From NCBI GenBank assembly GCA_965115825.1, contig OZ220464.1, positions 705,530 to 769,529 on the forward strand: a stretch of DNA of 64,000 nucleotides, read 5' to 3'. The DNA comes from Dehalococcoidia bacterium. GTDB lineage: Bacteria; Chloroflexota; Dehalococcoidia; Lucifugimonadales; UBA3495. The notes under the pieces were generated by a model that worked only from the letters and a program-made list of their open reading frames with translations, ran no database searches and was not told where the DNA came from. Every line of letters begins with the position of its first letter. The stretch's first letter is position 1. Of the stretch, positions 63,961 to 64,000 are shown piece after piece. The position numbers and the translations under genes are program-made.

Positions 63961-64000
63961 TGGATGTCGTCGTAGTGGCCGTTGAGGGCTGCCAGCACCC

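Overview
This is 64 kb of high-GC bacterial chromosome. I saw no rRNA or tRNA genes, and one tmRNA. Gene content and the tmRNA tag style suggest a Chloroflexota-like organism, but that is a low-confidence inference.

Most of the window is housekeeping, redox and transport genes on both strands:
- a DUF35/thiolase pair, aminopeptidase C and a BacNaV-type voltage-gated channel
- two LLM-type oxidoreductases, NhaA plus a second cation/proton antiporter, and a MaoC hotdog pair
- a 1137-aa secreted Fn3/IPT surface protein
- thrB-lysC, a GT2, a two-domain SagB/nitroreductase protein, folB, a CitE-like lyase and polA
- two FmdB zinc-ribbon genes, thiE and a translin-like gene
- a five-gene Opp/Dpp-type ABC operon
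- thiD, ileS, mutM and an SbcC/Rad50-like ATPase

The ORF track hides or obscures these things:
1. A tmRNA lies at 7472..7828 on the minus strand.
2. Two genes only make sense if an in-frame TGA is read as selenocysteine. One is SelW-like (16140..16454) and the other is a UxxC, UGSC-like protein (39216..39779). Each has a stem-loop just 3' of the UGA.
3. A family of intergenic repeats is built on a 40-nt core (GTCAGAATCAGGATTTACGGGATTTTGGGATTTWCAGGAT). It occurs as a 128-bp x4 array, a ~95-bp x3 array, and a ~0.6 kb composite present in inverted orientation at 7.9 kb and 58 kb.
4. A decayed DDE transposase sits in an AT-richer islet. Its catalytic ADKGYDG motif is encoded on the opposite strand, which indicates an in-frame micro-inversion of 24-36 bp.
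5. One ORF fuses DapA-like, MfnB(DUF556)-like and TusA-like domains.
6. Extended -10 promoters (TGnTAnnnT) recur, and two of them imply leaderless mRNAs.

No classical defence, CRISPR-Cas or toxin system is visible. The least explained gene set is the minus-strand cluster at 13928..16454 (SelW-like, pentapeptide repeat, TM coiled coil, P-loop/DRTGG). Many long ORFs in the track are antisense artefacts of high GC. All calls come from reading the sequence and from recalled family motifs. No searches were run.
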